Shown here one piece after another: positions 49,293 through 62,299 of a stretch of DNA of 64,000 nt. Origin of the DNA: Chiloscyllium plagiosum (Eukaryota); assembly GCF_004010195.1 (NCBI RefSeq), contig NC_057719.1:33903981-33967980 (forward strand), read 5' to 3'. The position numbers and the translations under genes were made by a program. The notes beneath the pieces were generated by a model. It was not told where the DNA came from, searched no databases, and saw only the letters and a list, made by a program, of their open reading frames with translations. How positions within the stretch are numbered: the first letter of the stretch is position 1; each line of letters begins with the position of its first letter.

Positions 49293-50996
49293 GGATGTGC
49301 AGATTAGTTGATGAAACAAACAATGCATATATAACTCCAATGCATTCACTCTATTCTTGAGCATCTGACCCTGCACATCACAGAATTTGCAGATCATGCA
49401 CTGGATTAAACAACTATCTCAGAATCCATTGCATGCAATGTTATGCATGGAAGCAAGTTATCCTTGATCCCGAGAGACTGCCTAAAAAGAAGACTGTCAT
49501 GTCACTGTTTGGGGGTGGTTATTCTGCCTAAATGTATAACAGTGACAACACTTCAGTAGTAATTCTTTGGCTGCAAAGCATTTCAAGGGATTCCGAGGTC
49601 TTGGAAGACATAAAATGAATACAAGTCTTTTAATTATTTCAAGTTGGTATTGTTGTAAAGGAATAGTTCCTGAAATAGAGATTAAGGTTCATGGGTGTGT
49701 GAGGATCTGCATTTTATCCCCACTGAAGCTGACCCTGGGGAACATGATTGGGCTGAGCATCTGTCAGTGTAGCACTCTCAAATAAAGAATATGAAATAAT
49801 AAGTACCTTGCTTTCACATCGAGCTAAGTCATACTTTATTTAAGATTATAAGCCAAATTATGCAATATGTATAACTGCACTATGAGAGTTGCAAATTAAT
49901 TACTATTTAGAGGCTCCTTCTGCAGTTGTAAAATAAGTCTCATATAATTGCAATGTTTAGATATATTAGTGATGCACCTGATGAAAATTTTCTTTGATTT
50001 GAATGCTTAAATTGACAGCTTTCCTTTTCAAATTTAATGAGAATTGCAGAATTAATGCATTAGAAATTTTATATTTGATCACAATTCCAGGAAGTTCTAT
50101 TGAAAGTCCTGAAGGTGGTGTCTTAGGTATCATCAGTAATAACTTCAGCAAAGACTCTCTGTCTGTCATAAGGTAACAGACAAGTTTAATGATACAGCAA
50201 GCCCAAGAGCAAGTTTCATAAGTGTCTAGCAATACCCACATCTAATAAAGTGTCAGGCAATGACCATTGTCAACAAGGTAGTCTGACCATCTCCCCTTGA
50301 CATTTAATCTCACATCATCAACATCTTGAGAGTTACCATTAACCTATCGGATAAATTCTATAACTGCAAAGACTAACGAGGCATTGAGTATGCAATAGCA
50401 ATTGACTCTTTCTAACTCACCAAAGTCTTTGCTTCAGGTCAGGAATGTGATGGAATATGTAATGATCTTTAATATAGCAATTACAGGAAAGAAAATTTGT
50501 AGTTTCCTAATGTCTACAGCATCAGTAATTCATTTGAAAACTGCTTAACAATTTTTTCAGAGCTTGCATTCAATTGTAAAGGGATCTCTTCAATAAATAG
50601 TAAAACTGCACCATGTGACCTAATGAAACTTGAACTGGAAACAGCACCAATAGGAAAGAAATTAAGAAGAATTAAGAAATGTGGTCAGATACAAAGAAGA
50701 GCTAAACACAGAAAGGAGAACTTCAAGTAAAGCAGCTAGAGAGTGAAGGGATAGATGCTGACACAAGAGAAAGCAGATAGAAACTATAAGAGGAAGTCAG
50801 AGAATTCTTGTGAAAAGGAACTCTTTCAGGCAAAAAGACTTGGCAGAAAAGCAAAGTAATAATAGAAGGAAAATCTTTGTAAAATAGTCTGTATCAAGAA
50901 GAATAAAGTATTTGACAAGTTAATAGGATTAAAGGCGGACAAATTGCTAGAAAATGATAGTCTACATTCAAGGGTTTTAAAGGGAGTGGCTGGAAT

Positions 50997-51312
50997 AATA
51001 AGACATAAGATATAGGAGCAGAAATTAGGCCATTTGGCACATCAAGTCTGCTCCACTTTCAATCATGGCTGGTAGGTTTTTCAAGCCCATTTTCCCGCTT
51101 TCTCCCAGTAACCTTTGATCATCTTGGCAATCAAGAACTTATCGATCTCTGTTTTAAATATACTCAATGACCTGGTCTCCGCAGCCTTCTGTTACAATGA
51201 ATTCCACAGATTCACCAATATGTGGCTAAAGAAGTTTCTCCTTGTTTCCATTCTAAAAGGTCTTCCCTTTACTCTCAGGCTGTGCCCTCGGTCCTTGTCT
51301 TTCCTGCCAACA
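50997..51312 (-). mobile_element. 5'-truncated CR1 3' end
   Basis: Same family as 25650-25985. Confidence 0.85.
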
Positions 51313-51479
51313 ATGGGGGCATTGGTTGTAATGTTTCAGAATTCACTAGATTCTGGGAAGTTTCCAGCAAATTGAAAAACTGTTAATGTTATGTCCCTGT
51401 TCATAAAGGGAGGGAGACAGAAAATAGGAAACTATCCGCCAACTCACCTAATCTTTGGAAAATGATAAAGTCCATTATT

Positions 51480-52272
51480 GCAGTTACTAGCGGTGTTCCG
51501 CAAGGATCTGTTTTGGGACCATTGCTATTTGTCATTTTTATAAATGACCTGGAGGAGGGGCTAGAAGGTTGGATGAGCAAATTTGCGGATGATACGAAAG
51601 TCGGTGGAGTTGTTGACAGTGAGGAAGGATGTGTCAGGTTACAATGGGATATAGATAAGCTGCAGAGCTGGGCAGAAAGGTAGCAAATGGAGTTCAATGT
51701 GGGTAAGTGTGAGGTGATTCACTTTGGTATGAGTAACAAAAAGATGGGGTACTGGGCTAATGATCGGATACTTGGNNNNNNNNNNNNNNNNNNNNNNNNN
51801 NNNNNNNNNNNNNNNNNNGGTGCAGAGGAGGTTTACCTGGATGTTGCCTGGTATGGTAGGAAGATCGTGTGAGGAAAGGCTGAGGCACTTGGGGTTGTTT
51901 TCATTGGAGAAAAGAAGGTTTAGGGGTGACTTGATAGAGGTGTACAAGATGATTAGGGGTTTAGATAGGGTTGACCATGAGAACCTTTTTCCACGTATGG
52001 AGTCAGCTATTACGAGGGGGCATAGTTTTAAATTAAGGGGTGGTAGGTATAGGACAGATGTTAGGCGTAGATTCTTTACTCAGCGAGTCGCGAGTTCATG
52101 GAATGCCCTGCCAGTAGCAGTGGTGGACTCGCCCTCTTTATGGGCATTTAAATGGGCATTGGATAGGCATATGGAGGATAGTGGGCTAGTGTAGGTTAGG
52201 TGGGCTTGGATCGGCGCAACAATGAGGGCCAAAGGGCCTGTACTGCGATGTATTTTTCTATGTTCTATGTTC
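51480..52272 (+). mobile_element. Younger CR1 3' portion (distinct subfamily), contains a 43-N gap at 51776-51818
   Basis: [43 protein letters not shown]; (CTATGTT)n tail; CpGs retained. Confidence 0.9.
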
Positions 52273-52656
52273 TATTATTAACAAAGAAATAGCAGTATAT
52301 GCAGAAAAGAGTAACCCAGTCAAACAGTGTCAACACGATTTGTGAAAGGGAACTCATTGTCAACAAATTTGTTACTCTATGACAAGCAGAGTTGACAAAA
52401 GTGAACCCATAAATGTACTGTACTTAGATTTCCAAAAGGCATTTGATAAGATGGTTTAATTCTATTCAATAGGAGCTCACAGTCCTATTGTATTAGCATG
52501 GATTGAGGATTGCTTAAAACAGTATACAGAGAGAGTCTGGATTCATAGTTTTTTCTCACGTCAGAAAGACTGAACTATTGGAATCCCACAAGACACACAC
52601 TGTAGGGATTCTATTCCGTTCTATTCTATGACCTCAACTGTTTACTATCCATATTG

Positions 52657-52863
52657 ATGAGTGTGGTGCTGGAAAAGCACAGCAATTCAGGCAGCATCTG
52701 AGGAGCAGGAAAATGGAAATTTTGGGCATAAGCCCTTCCTGATAAAGGGCTTATTTCCAAAAACATCGATTCTGCTGCTCCTCGGATGCTGGCTGACCTG
52801 CTGTGCTTTTCCAGCACCACACTCTCAACTCTGATCTCAAGTATCACAGTCCTCACTATCTCC
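52657..52863. mobile_element. Palindromic family A element
   Basis: Inverted arms around CCCTTCCTGATAAAGGGC; approximate TSD CATATT(G/A)ATGA. Confidence 0.8.
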
Positions 52864-54229
52864 TCTACATATTAATGACTTAGAGAAGAGGAAAGAGTAT
52901 CATGTCTCTGAATTTGCTGACACTACAAAAATCGTCCAGAGAGCATGTTGTGATGGTGACATAAGGAGTCTGCAAGGGGATACACACAGGACAAAATCTT
53001 GGCAGATTTTAAGGAAGGTAAATGTGAGTTAATGCATTGTGGAAGGAGACTATTATTTAAATGAAGAGAGAATCCAAAAAAATGCAGTGTAGAGGGATCT
53101 GGGTGCTCTTTTGTATGAAACACAAAAAGCTAACCTGCAGGTGCAGGCTAATTATGAAGGCAAATAGAATTATCACCTTTATTGCTAGAATATTGGAACT
53201 TAAAAATAAGGAAGTCTTGTTCCCATTGTACAAAGTCTTAGTGAGGTTGTATCAAGAGTACTACCTACAGTTTTGGTGAGCATATTTTAAAAAGAATATA
53301 CTAATGTTTTAGATAATTCAGAAGAGATTTACTATCCTCATTATTGGGATGAAGAATTTAATCTATTAAGAGTAGCTAAACAGGTTAGGTTCTTCGTTCA
53401 CTAGTGTTCACTACTGATCTTATTGAAACATACAAGTTTCTGATGGAAATTTGACAGGGTAGATATTGAGATCTTTTCACTAGTGAGGGAATCTCAAACT
53501 AGGGGACATTGTTAAACAATAAGGGATTGCATGTTCAAAACTAAGATGTAAATAGATTTCTTCTTCCATGTGTTAGGGAATGTCCGAAATTCTCTACCCC
53601 AGAGAGATCTGGAGGCTAGATCATTGAAACTGTTTGATGAGAAAGCTTTTGAAATGTTCAGAAGTTGAGGGCTATGATGAGTTGATATAAAAGAAGAGTT
53701 GAGACCTGGGCCAGGTCAGCCATGATCTTGTTACATAACTGGGCAGGCTTGAGGGCCAAATGAGCTATGCCTGCTCATTTTTTTTTATTCTTCTCATCAC
53801 AGGCTTGGGTGACTTGGCTGAAAGGTTAATGGAATGTCAGGGTGGTTTCGCAGGAGGGAAGATGGAAGCTGTTCAGATGGAGACAATAGCATCAGCTTCT
53901 GTGTTTACAGACAATAGACTGCTAGATTCTGAACTCCCAGGAAGGTGTTGACAATGTCAGGTTGTAAACCTTGTACTTTAATCTTCCCATACACTACCTA
54001 CTGTAGAACTTGGAATCGAAAGAATAGCTATTCAGCATTTGCACCTGGAGGAAGCATTTATGATTAGTGTTACCATGGAGATGGACTTTAAGAGGGAAAG
54101 ATTTTCTAAGACATCCCTGAAAACTCACAAATACAGACAATCTGCCAAGACTGGGGAGATAACAGCAGCTGTCGTCTGAGGGTCTTTATAATTTACAGCG
54201 CATGAACACATGTGGGAATTTAAGTCACA

Positions 54230-55025
54230 GAAAATCATAGTCAATGTTTTTATAGAGTTGAAAGAGGTCCTTCAGTCCATCATTTCCCCTGACTATTGAC
54301 TTCTGTAGTAAGGGCAAAGGTTTATACCCTCTTTATACTCCTCACAGCTTTGTATACCTCAATTAGATTCTCTCTCAATCCCAGCTTATCTAGGCTCTTC
54401 ACATCTGAATCACTGCAGCCCAGGCAACATCCTGGTGCATTTCTGTGGCACCCTCTCTCATGCAATCATATCCTTCCTGAGGGATGGCGACTAGAACTGC
54501 GTAATACTCAAGCTGTGGCCTAACTAGTGTTATATGCATCTCCATTATAACCTTGCTCTTGCATTGGTGCCTTGACTAATAAAGAAAACTATCCCATATG
54601 TGTTCTTAAACATCTTATCTATATGTTGCCTTCAAAGGTCAATGCACAATGCAGTCCGTCTGATCCTTGTATTTCCTCGGGTTTACCATTCAACTTGTCC
54701 TCCCTTGCCTTGTTAGTCCTCCCAGAATATATAACCTCACACTTATCAGCATTAAATTCCCTTTGCCACTGTTCAGCCCATCTGGGCAGCCCATCTACAT
54801 CATCCCATAATCTAAGACTTTCCTCCTTGCTATTTACAATACTACCAATTTTTGCTTAATCAATGAACGTACTGATCACATTTCCTACATTCACATCTGG
54901 ATCATTAATGCACACAAAAAACAGCAAGGGACATATCAACAAATGCAGTAGTATGCAAATTGGCACAGGATTCCAGTCACAATAGCATCCTTCAATCATC
55001 ACCTTTTGTTTCCTACTTTGAACTC
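54230..55025 (-). mobile_element. Old CR1 3' fragment
   Basis: Reverse complement gives EQWQREFNADKCEV and LEGCQR..PGCC-like decayed CR1 C-terminal motifs. Confidence 0.6.
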
Positions 55026-55794
55026 AGATTGAAAAGGACAAGTTCATGAGAATTTGGAAGAAGATAGGATGATTTTCCTGGCTTGTCATAGAGGAAGAAT
55101 CTAGGGGTTAAACATTAGCAGGATTGGGAAAGGAAGGAATTGGGTCTGGGAAATCAAATGATTCCTCCTTCTGTGAAGTGTACCTGTGTCTGTTTTTGCA
55201 GTTGTATTAAGAATAAAAGGTTCTGTTGCTTACAAACATGGTGCTCAATCAATAGTGCTTTCAGCCTGTTTGTTCTGGCAATTCTCAAAAGGTGAGTTCT
55301 TGTTGAGTTATTCTTTCTGAAGATTTGATATATTTTTAAATAATCGGTCTCTGGGGGATCATAACAACAGAAATCTAAATGCACTGCATCAACAGCCTTA
55401 GAATTTTGATTTTTCTGCGTGCACTCAGTCATCACATAAAAAAAAATTATACTCAGCTTAAAAAAAAACTGATACCCAAGACCTGATTTAAAATCTTAAA
55501 ATTTGCCAAATGCAATGTTTATTGAAAATGATGGGGACTTTAAGATTAAATTAAGAATCTTCACATATGTTAATGTGGTGTATTTATTGGTGAGAAGTAT
55601 TCCCTAAAGGGGAATTCCCTGTAGCATTCCCTGCCTGCAGTTACACAGCAGCCCAGGAGATCAATGTTGTGATGTCAATGCCAAATCTCAGAAATAAAAG
55701 GTACATGTGCTGTGAAGTATAAAAAGGTGACAATTAAAATAAGAAATGTTTTGTGAACAAAATGTGGGTTTAAATCTGTTGATTTGGAAAATTC

Positions 55795-57780
55795 TGGAAT
55801 CTGTAAGTTTCAATTAGATCTCTCCTCATCCTTCTAAACTTCATTGAGTATAAACCAAAAGTCCTCAACCATTCCTCATATGTTAAGCTTTTCATTTCTG
55901 GGACCATTCTCTTGAACCTCTTCTGAACACGCTCCAGGGCCAGTAACATCCTTCCTGAGAAATGGGACCAAAAACTGCACACAATACTCCAAATGTGGGT
56001 CTGACCAGAGCCTTCGAAGTACATCCCTGCTTTTATATTCAAGTCCTCTCAAAATAATGCTATCATTGCATTTGTCTTCCTAACTACTGACTCAACCTGC
56101 AAGTTTACCTTGAGAGAATCCTGGACTAGAACTCCCAAGTCCCTTTGCACTTCAGGCTTTTGAATTTTCTCCCCATTTAGAAAATAGTCCTTGCCTGCCC
56201 GCTTCCTCAATGCTACTAGTCCCTCTACCTATCTTTGTATCATCTGCAAACTTAGTCAGAAGGCCTTCAGTTCCTTCAACTAGAATGTTAATGTATAAAG
56301 TGGAAAGTTGTGGTCCCAACACTGAGCCTTGTGGAACATCATTTGTCACCGACTGCCATCCTAAGAACGACCCTTTCATCCCCACTCTCTGCTTTCTGCC
56401 AGAGCCAAGCTTCTATCCACGCTAGCACCTTGCCCCTAACACCATGAGCCCTTATCTTACTCAGTAGTCTCCTGTGTGGCACCTTGTCAAAGTCACTCTT
56501 GAAGTCCAGGTCGATGACATCCATTGGCTCGCCTTGGTTTAACCTGCTCGTTACTTCCTCAAAGAATTCTAACAGATTTGTCAAGCATGATTCAAGTAAC
56601 TATTCATTTCCTCAGCCGTTTCCTTGTTCCCCACTACTATCTCTCCAGCCTCATTTTCCAGTAGTCCAATGTCCACTTTTGCCTCTCTTTTGCCCTTTAT
56701 ATATCTAAAGAAACTCTTACAGTCTTCCTTTATATTACCAGATGCTTACCCTCATATTTCATCTTCTCCCTCCTTGTTTCTTCTTTTGTTGCCCTCTGTT
56801 GGCCTTTGTAAGCTTCCCAATCCTCTGGTTTCCCACTGCCCTTCACCATATTATCTGCTTTCTCTTTTGGTTTTATGGTCTCCCTGACTTCCCTAGTCAG
56901 CCATGGTCGCCTCATCCTCCCAGTACTATGCTTCTTTCTCCTCGGGATGAGTCTCTGCTGTGTCTCTTGAATTACTCCCAAAAGCTCCTGCCATTGCTGT
57001 TCCACTGTTTTTCCTGCTAGACTCCTCTCCCAGTCAATTCTGTCCAGCTCCTCCCTCATGCCTCTGTCGTTTCCTTTATTCAGCTGTATTACTGTTAACT
57101 CTGATTCTATCTTCTCCCTCACAAATTGAAGAGTAACTTCAATCATATTATGATCACCACCTCCTAAGGATTCATTCACCTTAAGCTCCCTTATCACATC
57201 CACCTCACTGCACAACACTAAATCCAGTATTGCCTGTTCCCTTGAGGGCTCCACCACAAGCTGCTCCAAAAAGCCATCTTGCAGACATTCCACAAACTCC
57301 TTTTCTTGCAGTCCACTGCCAACCTCATTTTCCCAGTCCTCCTGCATATTGAAATTCCCCATGATCAATGTAACTTTCCCTTTCCTACAGATCTTTTCTA
57401 TCTCCTGGTATATTTTGCACCCCAACTCCAGACTACTATTTAGAGGACTGCACATAACTCCAGTATGGAATTTTTTTGCCTTTGCAGTTCCTCAGTTGTC
57501 CCCATACAGATTCTACACCATCTGACGCTAATTTGTTTCTTGCTATTGATTTAATTTCATTTCTTACTAATAAGGCAACCCATCCCTACTTAGTTAAAAG
57601 CCCTATCTACAACCTTAGTTATGCCATTCGCTAGGACTCTGGTCGCAGTACAGTTCAGATAAAGACCATCCCATCGGAACAGATCCCTTCTTCCCCAATA
57701 CCAGTGCCAATATCCCATGAATTCAAACCCATTTCTCCCACACCAATCTTGGAGCCACACATTTACCTGCTTAATCTATC
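55795..57780 (-). mobile_element. CR1 LINE, internally deleted: ORF1 end, endonuclease and RT
   Basis: Minus ORFs: IMGNFN, LDLV, GDHNMI (endonuclease); [36 protein letters not shown] (RT). Confidence 0.9.
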
Positions 57781-57789
57781 AGTGTAGCC

Positions 57790-57902
57790 TGTCTTGTGGC
57801 ATGGTGATAGTGTACCTACCTCTGAGTCAAGAGGTCTGGGTTCATAATTCTGCTGCAGATGTGTCAAATAACATCTCTGAATGGGTTGATTAAAAAAAAA
57901 AT
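57790..57902 (+). mobile_element. Short SINE, third family, with poly-A tail
   Basis: TCTTGTGGCATGGTGATAGTGTACCTACCTCTGAG...GGGTTCA...GTTGATTAAAAAAAAAA. Confidence 0.7.
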
Positions 57903-59039
57903 CTAGCTTGGAGCTAATTGTGAACACGTGATAAATTGTAATTTATTGACAGAACCTGGAAGTGGATTTGCTCCAGCACACTAGACCGAAGAAGACCTGT
58001 CATTTCCTACACCTGAAGAGATTGCAGGCAATATTTTTCATCATGAGCAACAGTGTAATGATCTGTCATGCACATACAAAAATGGAGTCAGCCATGTAGA
58101 TTTGCATTTGACTGTTTGTACAATAGCTGGTGGGCAGCAGTGTGAGATCTACTTGGAGTCACCACCACAAACAGTACAGTCGGCAGTGGGGAAGATCTGA
58201 GAATTTAACAATCTTGCAGAACAAAACCTCATGACAATCTTCAAAAAGGAAGAATATTCCAAAGAATGGTAAAGGGGTTTCAGACTTGGTCAGCGTTTGA
58301 CAGGAGAGTTAGCAAATCCTTTGAGACAGAGAGTTAGTCATTTCAAAGCAGCGAAAGGCTTCATTGTGAGGCAGTAGGCTATTGGAGCAGCCTGCATTCA
58401 GAACTGAATGAACAGGTATAAGAGGCTCTGCGGGTAGAGCTCAAAATCTGTGCTAGGCCAGGTGAATATTTAAGATAATGCATTAATCCAGGCTGAGAAA
58501 ACAAGAAGTTAAAAAGTTACTGACAGCTCAAATTGAACATCACTGAGGGATGTAAATAAGTGGAAGAGACAGTGGGCTGTATATTGTGATCTCCTGCTTC
58601 ACGTAATTTTGGCAAGAAGTTTTGTAAAATATTTTGGGCAGCCAGTCTACCGCCTTCTAACCTATTTTCGACAATACAGGGATTGGGTAAGGTTCCCTTT
58701 CATCCAACCCGTCTTTGACCTGCTGGGGGCCATTAGTCATTCAATTGTTTGCCACTTAAGCCCTCAATCTGCCTCCTCTGCCACAAAGCTCTGGGAAATG
58801 GAAATATGAAAAATGTTATTTTTTTACAACTTTTTTAAAACAACAGGAAAGGGAGGACATATCATTTAAACTGTATTCTATACACATCAAAGGAAAACTC
58901 CCCTGAGTCCCAAGATGTTTGCTTATCATTGATCCCACGCTTGGCCTTATAGACATTCTCCCCCCCTGTGTTTCATACTTCCCATCCTGAAGGGGAAGGG
59001 GTTAACAGAATCTTGATGTCATTAATGATCTCCATGGAA

Positions 59040-59172
59040 CAAAATTAAAAGTATCTGGATGCTGGAAATCTGAAGCAAAAGCAGAAAGAGTTGGAGATCT
59101 GTAGCAGGTCTGACAGCATCTGTGGAGAGAAAGCAGAGTCAACGTTTGAGGTCCAGTGATCCTTCTCAGGAA
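59040..59172 (-). mobile_element. Family D arm
   Basis: Minus strand CCTGAGAAGGATCACTGGACCTCAAACGTTGACTCTGCTTTCTCTCCACAGATGCTG. Confidence 0.7.
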
Positions 59173-59483
59173 AGAAAATGATCTCTGTGGGCCTTGTCAC
59201 AAGACATACTGCCTTCTGCAAATGCCTATCAGTCAGAGGACAGCAGCTCTCAAGGGCAGGGCTTCCTGTCCCTTGAGAAGTGGAAGTTCAAGCCTCAAAT
59301 TATTTCAGCACACCCAAACTTTTACCAACAAGGCCTCTTAAAAAAAATGCCACTCAGTTTTAAACCTATTGTTTTGTATTATACCTGATAGTTAATATGC
59401 CAGTATACTTTTAAGATAGACAGGATGGCAAAAAACCTATCAGAGACATGCTCATACTGTCATCACTGTATCATTACATGTGA

Positions 59484-62295
59484 CATAGAGTCATAGAGAT
59501 GTACAGCATGGAAGCAGATTCTTCAGTCCAACCCATCCATGCCGACCCGATATCACAACCCAATCTAGTCCCACTTGCCAGCACCCGGCCCATATCTCTC
59601 TAAACCCTTCCTATTCATAAACCCATCCAAATGCCTCTTAAATGTTGCAATTGTACCAGCCTCCACCACTTCCTCTGGCAGCTCATTCCTTTTACAAAAC
59701 ACCCTCTACGTGAAAAGGTTGCCCCTTAGGTCCCTTTTATATCTTACCCCACTCACCCTAAATCTATGCCCTCTAGTTCTGGACTCCCTACCCGAGGAAA
59801 AAGACTTTGTCTATTTATCCTATCCATGCCCCTCATGATTTTGTAAACCCTCAGCCTCCGATGCTCCAGGGAAACAGCCCCACCCTGTTCAGCCTCTCCC
59901 TATAGCTCAGATCCTCCAACCCTGGCATCATCCTTGTAAATCTTTTCTGAACCTTTTCAAGTTTCACAACGTCTTTCTGATAGGAAGGAGACCAGAATTG
60001 CACGCAATATTCCAATAGTGGCCTAACCAATGTCCTGTACAGCCGCAACATGACCTCCCAACTCCTGTACTCAATACTCTGGCCAATAAAAGAAAGCATA
60101 TCAAACGCCTTCTTTACTATCCTACCTACCTGCGACTCCATGTTCAAGGAGCTATGAACCTGCACTCCAAGGTCTCTTTGTTCAGCAACACTCCCTAGGA
60201 CCTTACCATTAAGTGAATAAGGTAAAACCAAGGGCTGCAGATGCTGGAAACCAGATTCTAGATTAGAATGGTGCTGGAAAAGCATAGCAGGTTAGGCAGC
60301 ATCCGACGAGCAGGAAAATCGACGTTTCAGGCAAGAGCCTTTCATTTGGAATAGAGTGAATAAGTCCTGCTAAGATTTGCTTTCCCAAAATACAGCACCT
60401 TGCATTTATATGAATTAAACTCCATCTGCCACTTCTCAGCCCATTGGCCCATCTGGTCAAGATCTTGTTCTAATCTGAGGTAACCCTCTTCGCTGTCCAC
60501 TACACCTCCAATTTTGGTGTCATCTACAAACTTACTAACTGTACCTCTTATACTTGCATCCAAATCATTTAGGTAAATGACAAAAAAGTAGAGGACCCAG
60601 CACCAATCCTTGTGGCACTCCACTGGTCATAAGCCTCCAGTCTGAAAAACAACCACCACCACCACCCTCTATCTTCTACCTTTCGAGCCAGTTCTGTATC
60701 CAACTGGCTAGTTCTCCCTGTATTCCATGAGATCTAACCTTGCTAATCAGTCTCCCATGGGGAACCTTGTCGAATGCCTTACTGAAATCCATATAGATCA
60801 CATCTACTGCTCTGCCCTCATCAATCTTCTTTGTTACTTCTTCAAAAAACTCAATCAAGTTTGTGAGACATGATTTCCCACACACAAAGCCATGTTGACT
60901 ATCCCGAATCAGTCCTTGCCTTTCCAAATACATGTACATCCTGTCCCTCAGGATTCCCTCCAACAACTTGCCCACCAACGGGGTCAGGCTTACCGGTCTA
61001 TTGTTCCCTGGCTTGTCTTTACTGCCCTTCTTAAACAGAGGCACCACGTTTGCCAACCTCCAGTCTTCTGGCATCTCACCTGTGACTATTAATGATACAA
61101 ATATCTCAGCAAGAGGCCCAGCAATAACTTCTCTGGCTTCCCACAGAGTTCTCGGGTACATCTGATCAGTTCCTGGGGATTTATCCACTTTAACCATTTC
61201 AAGACATCCAGCACTTCCTCCTCTGTAATCTGGACTTTTGCAAGATTCACCATCTATTTCCCTACAGTCTATATCTTCCATATCCTTTTCCACAGTAAAT
61301 ACTGATGCAAAATATTCATTTAGTATCTCCCCCATTTTCTGTGCCTCCACACAAAGGCTACCTTGCTGATCTTTGAGGGACCCTATTCTCTCCTAGTTGC
61401 CCTTTTGTCCTTAATATATTTGTAAAACCCCTTTGGATTCTCCTTAATTCTATTTGCCAAAGCTATCTCATGTCCCCTTTTTGCCCTCCTGATCTCCCTC
61501 TTAAGTATACTCCTACTGCCTTTATACTCTTCTAAGGATTCACTTGATCTATCCTGTCTATACCTTACATATGCTTCCTTCTTTTTCTTAACCAAACCCT
61601 CAATTTCTTTAATCATCCAGAATTTCCTATACCTACCAGCCTTTTCTTTCACCCTAACAGGAATATACTTTCTCTGAATTCTCGTTATCTCATTTCTGAA
61701 GGTTTCCCATTTTTCAGCTGTCCCTTTACCTGCCAACATTTGTCCCCAATCCGCTTTTCAAAGTTCTTGCCTAATACAGTCAAAATTGGCCTTTCTTCAA
61801 TTTAGAACTTCAACTTTTAGATCTGGTCTATCCTTTTCCATCACTATTTTAAATCTAATATAATTATGGTCACTGGCCCCAAAGTGCTTCCCTACTGAGA
61901 CCTCAGTCACCTGCCCTGCCTTACTTCCCAAGAGTAGGTCAAGTTTTGCACCTTCTTTAGTCGGTACATCCACATACTGAATCAGAAAATTTCCTTTTAC
62001 ACACTTAACAAATTCCTCTCCATCTCAACCCTTAACACTATGGCAGTCCCAGTCTATGTTTGGAAAGTTAAAATCCCCTACCATAACCACCCTATTATTC
62101 TTACAGATAGCTGAGATCTCCTTACAAATTTGTTTCTCAATTTCCCTCTGACTATTAGGGGGACTAGAATACAATCCTAATAAGGTAATCATCCCTTTCT
62201 TATTTCTCAGTTCCACCCAAGTAACTTCCCTGGATGTATTTCCAGGAATATCCTCCCTCAGCACAGCTGTAATGCTATCCCTTATCAAAAATGCC
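59484..62295 (-). mobile_element. Longest CR1/HER1-type LINE in the window: most of ORF2, frameshifted and 5'-truncated
   Basis: Collinear minus ORFs: VMVGDFNFPNIDW, FYKYIK, LNEYFASVFT, DWRLANVVPLFKKG, DSQHGF, YMDFSKAFDKVPH, KFVDDTK, LVRPLLEY; (CTATGACT)n tail. Confidence 0.95.
60220..60354 (-). mobile_element. 135-bp Penelope-related insertion (family A subtype) within CR1
   Basis: Duplication AGTGAATAAG at 60212-60221 and 60355-60364. Confidence 0.88.
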
Positions 62296-62299
62296 TTTT

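Larger units (their letters stand above)
50900..53790 (+). mobile_element. Old CR1 LINE carrying several nested younger insertions
   Basis: RVLK..A / GALVVMFQNSLDSG, LDFQKAFDK, EFADT, LYKVLVR motifs in order, split by inserts at 50997, 51480, ~52595 and 52657. Confidence 0.75.

Noticed and set aside
48594..49397. Long ORFs of 177-267 aa
   Set aside because: They consist mostly of N-gap codons
56730..57455. 241-aa host gene
   Set aside because: It is the CR1 ORF2 endonuclease/linker region, collinear with neighbouring RT fragments
59484..62295. Active CR1 retrotransposon
   Set aside because: 5'-truncated, ORF2 broken into several frames, and interrupted by an insertion
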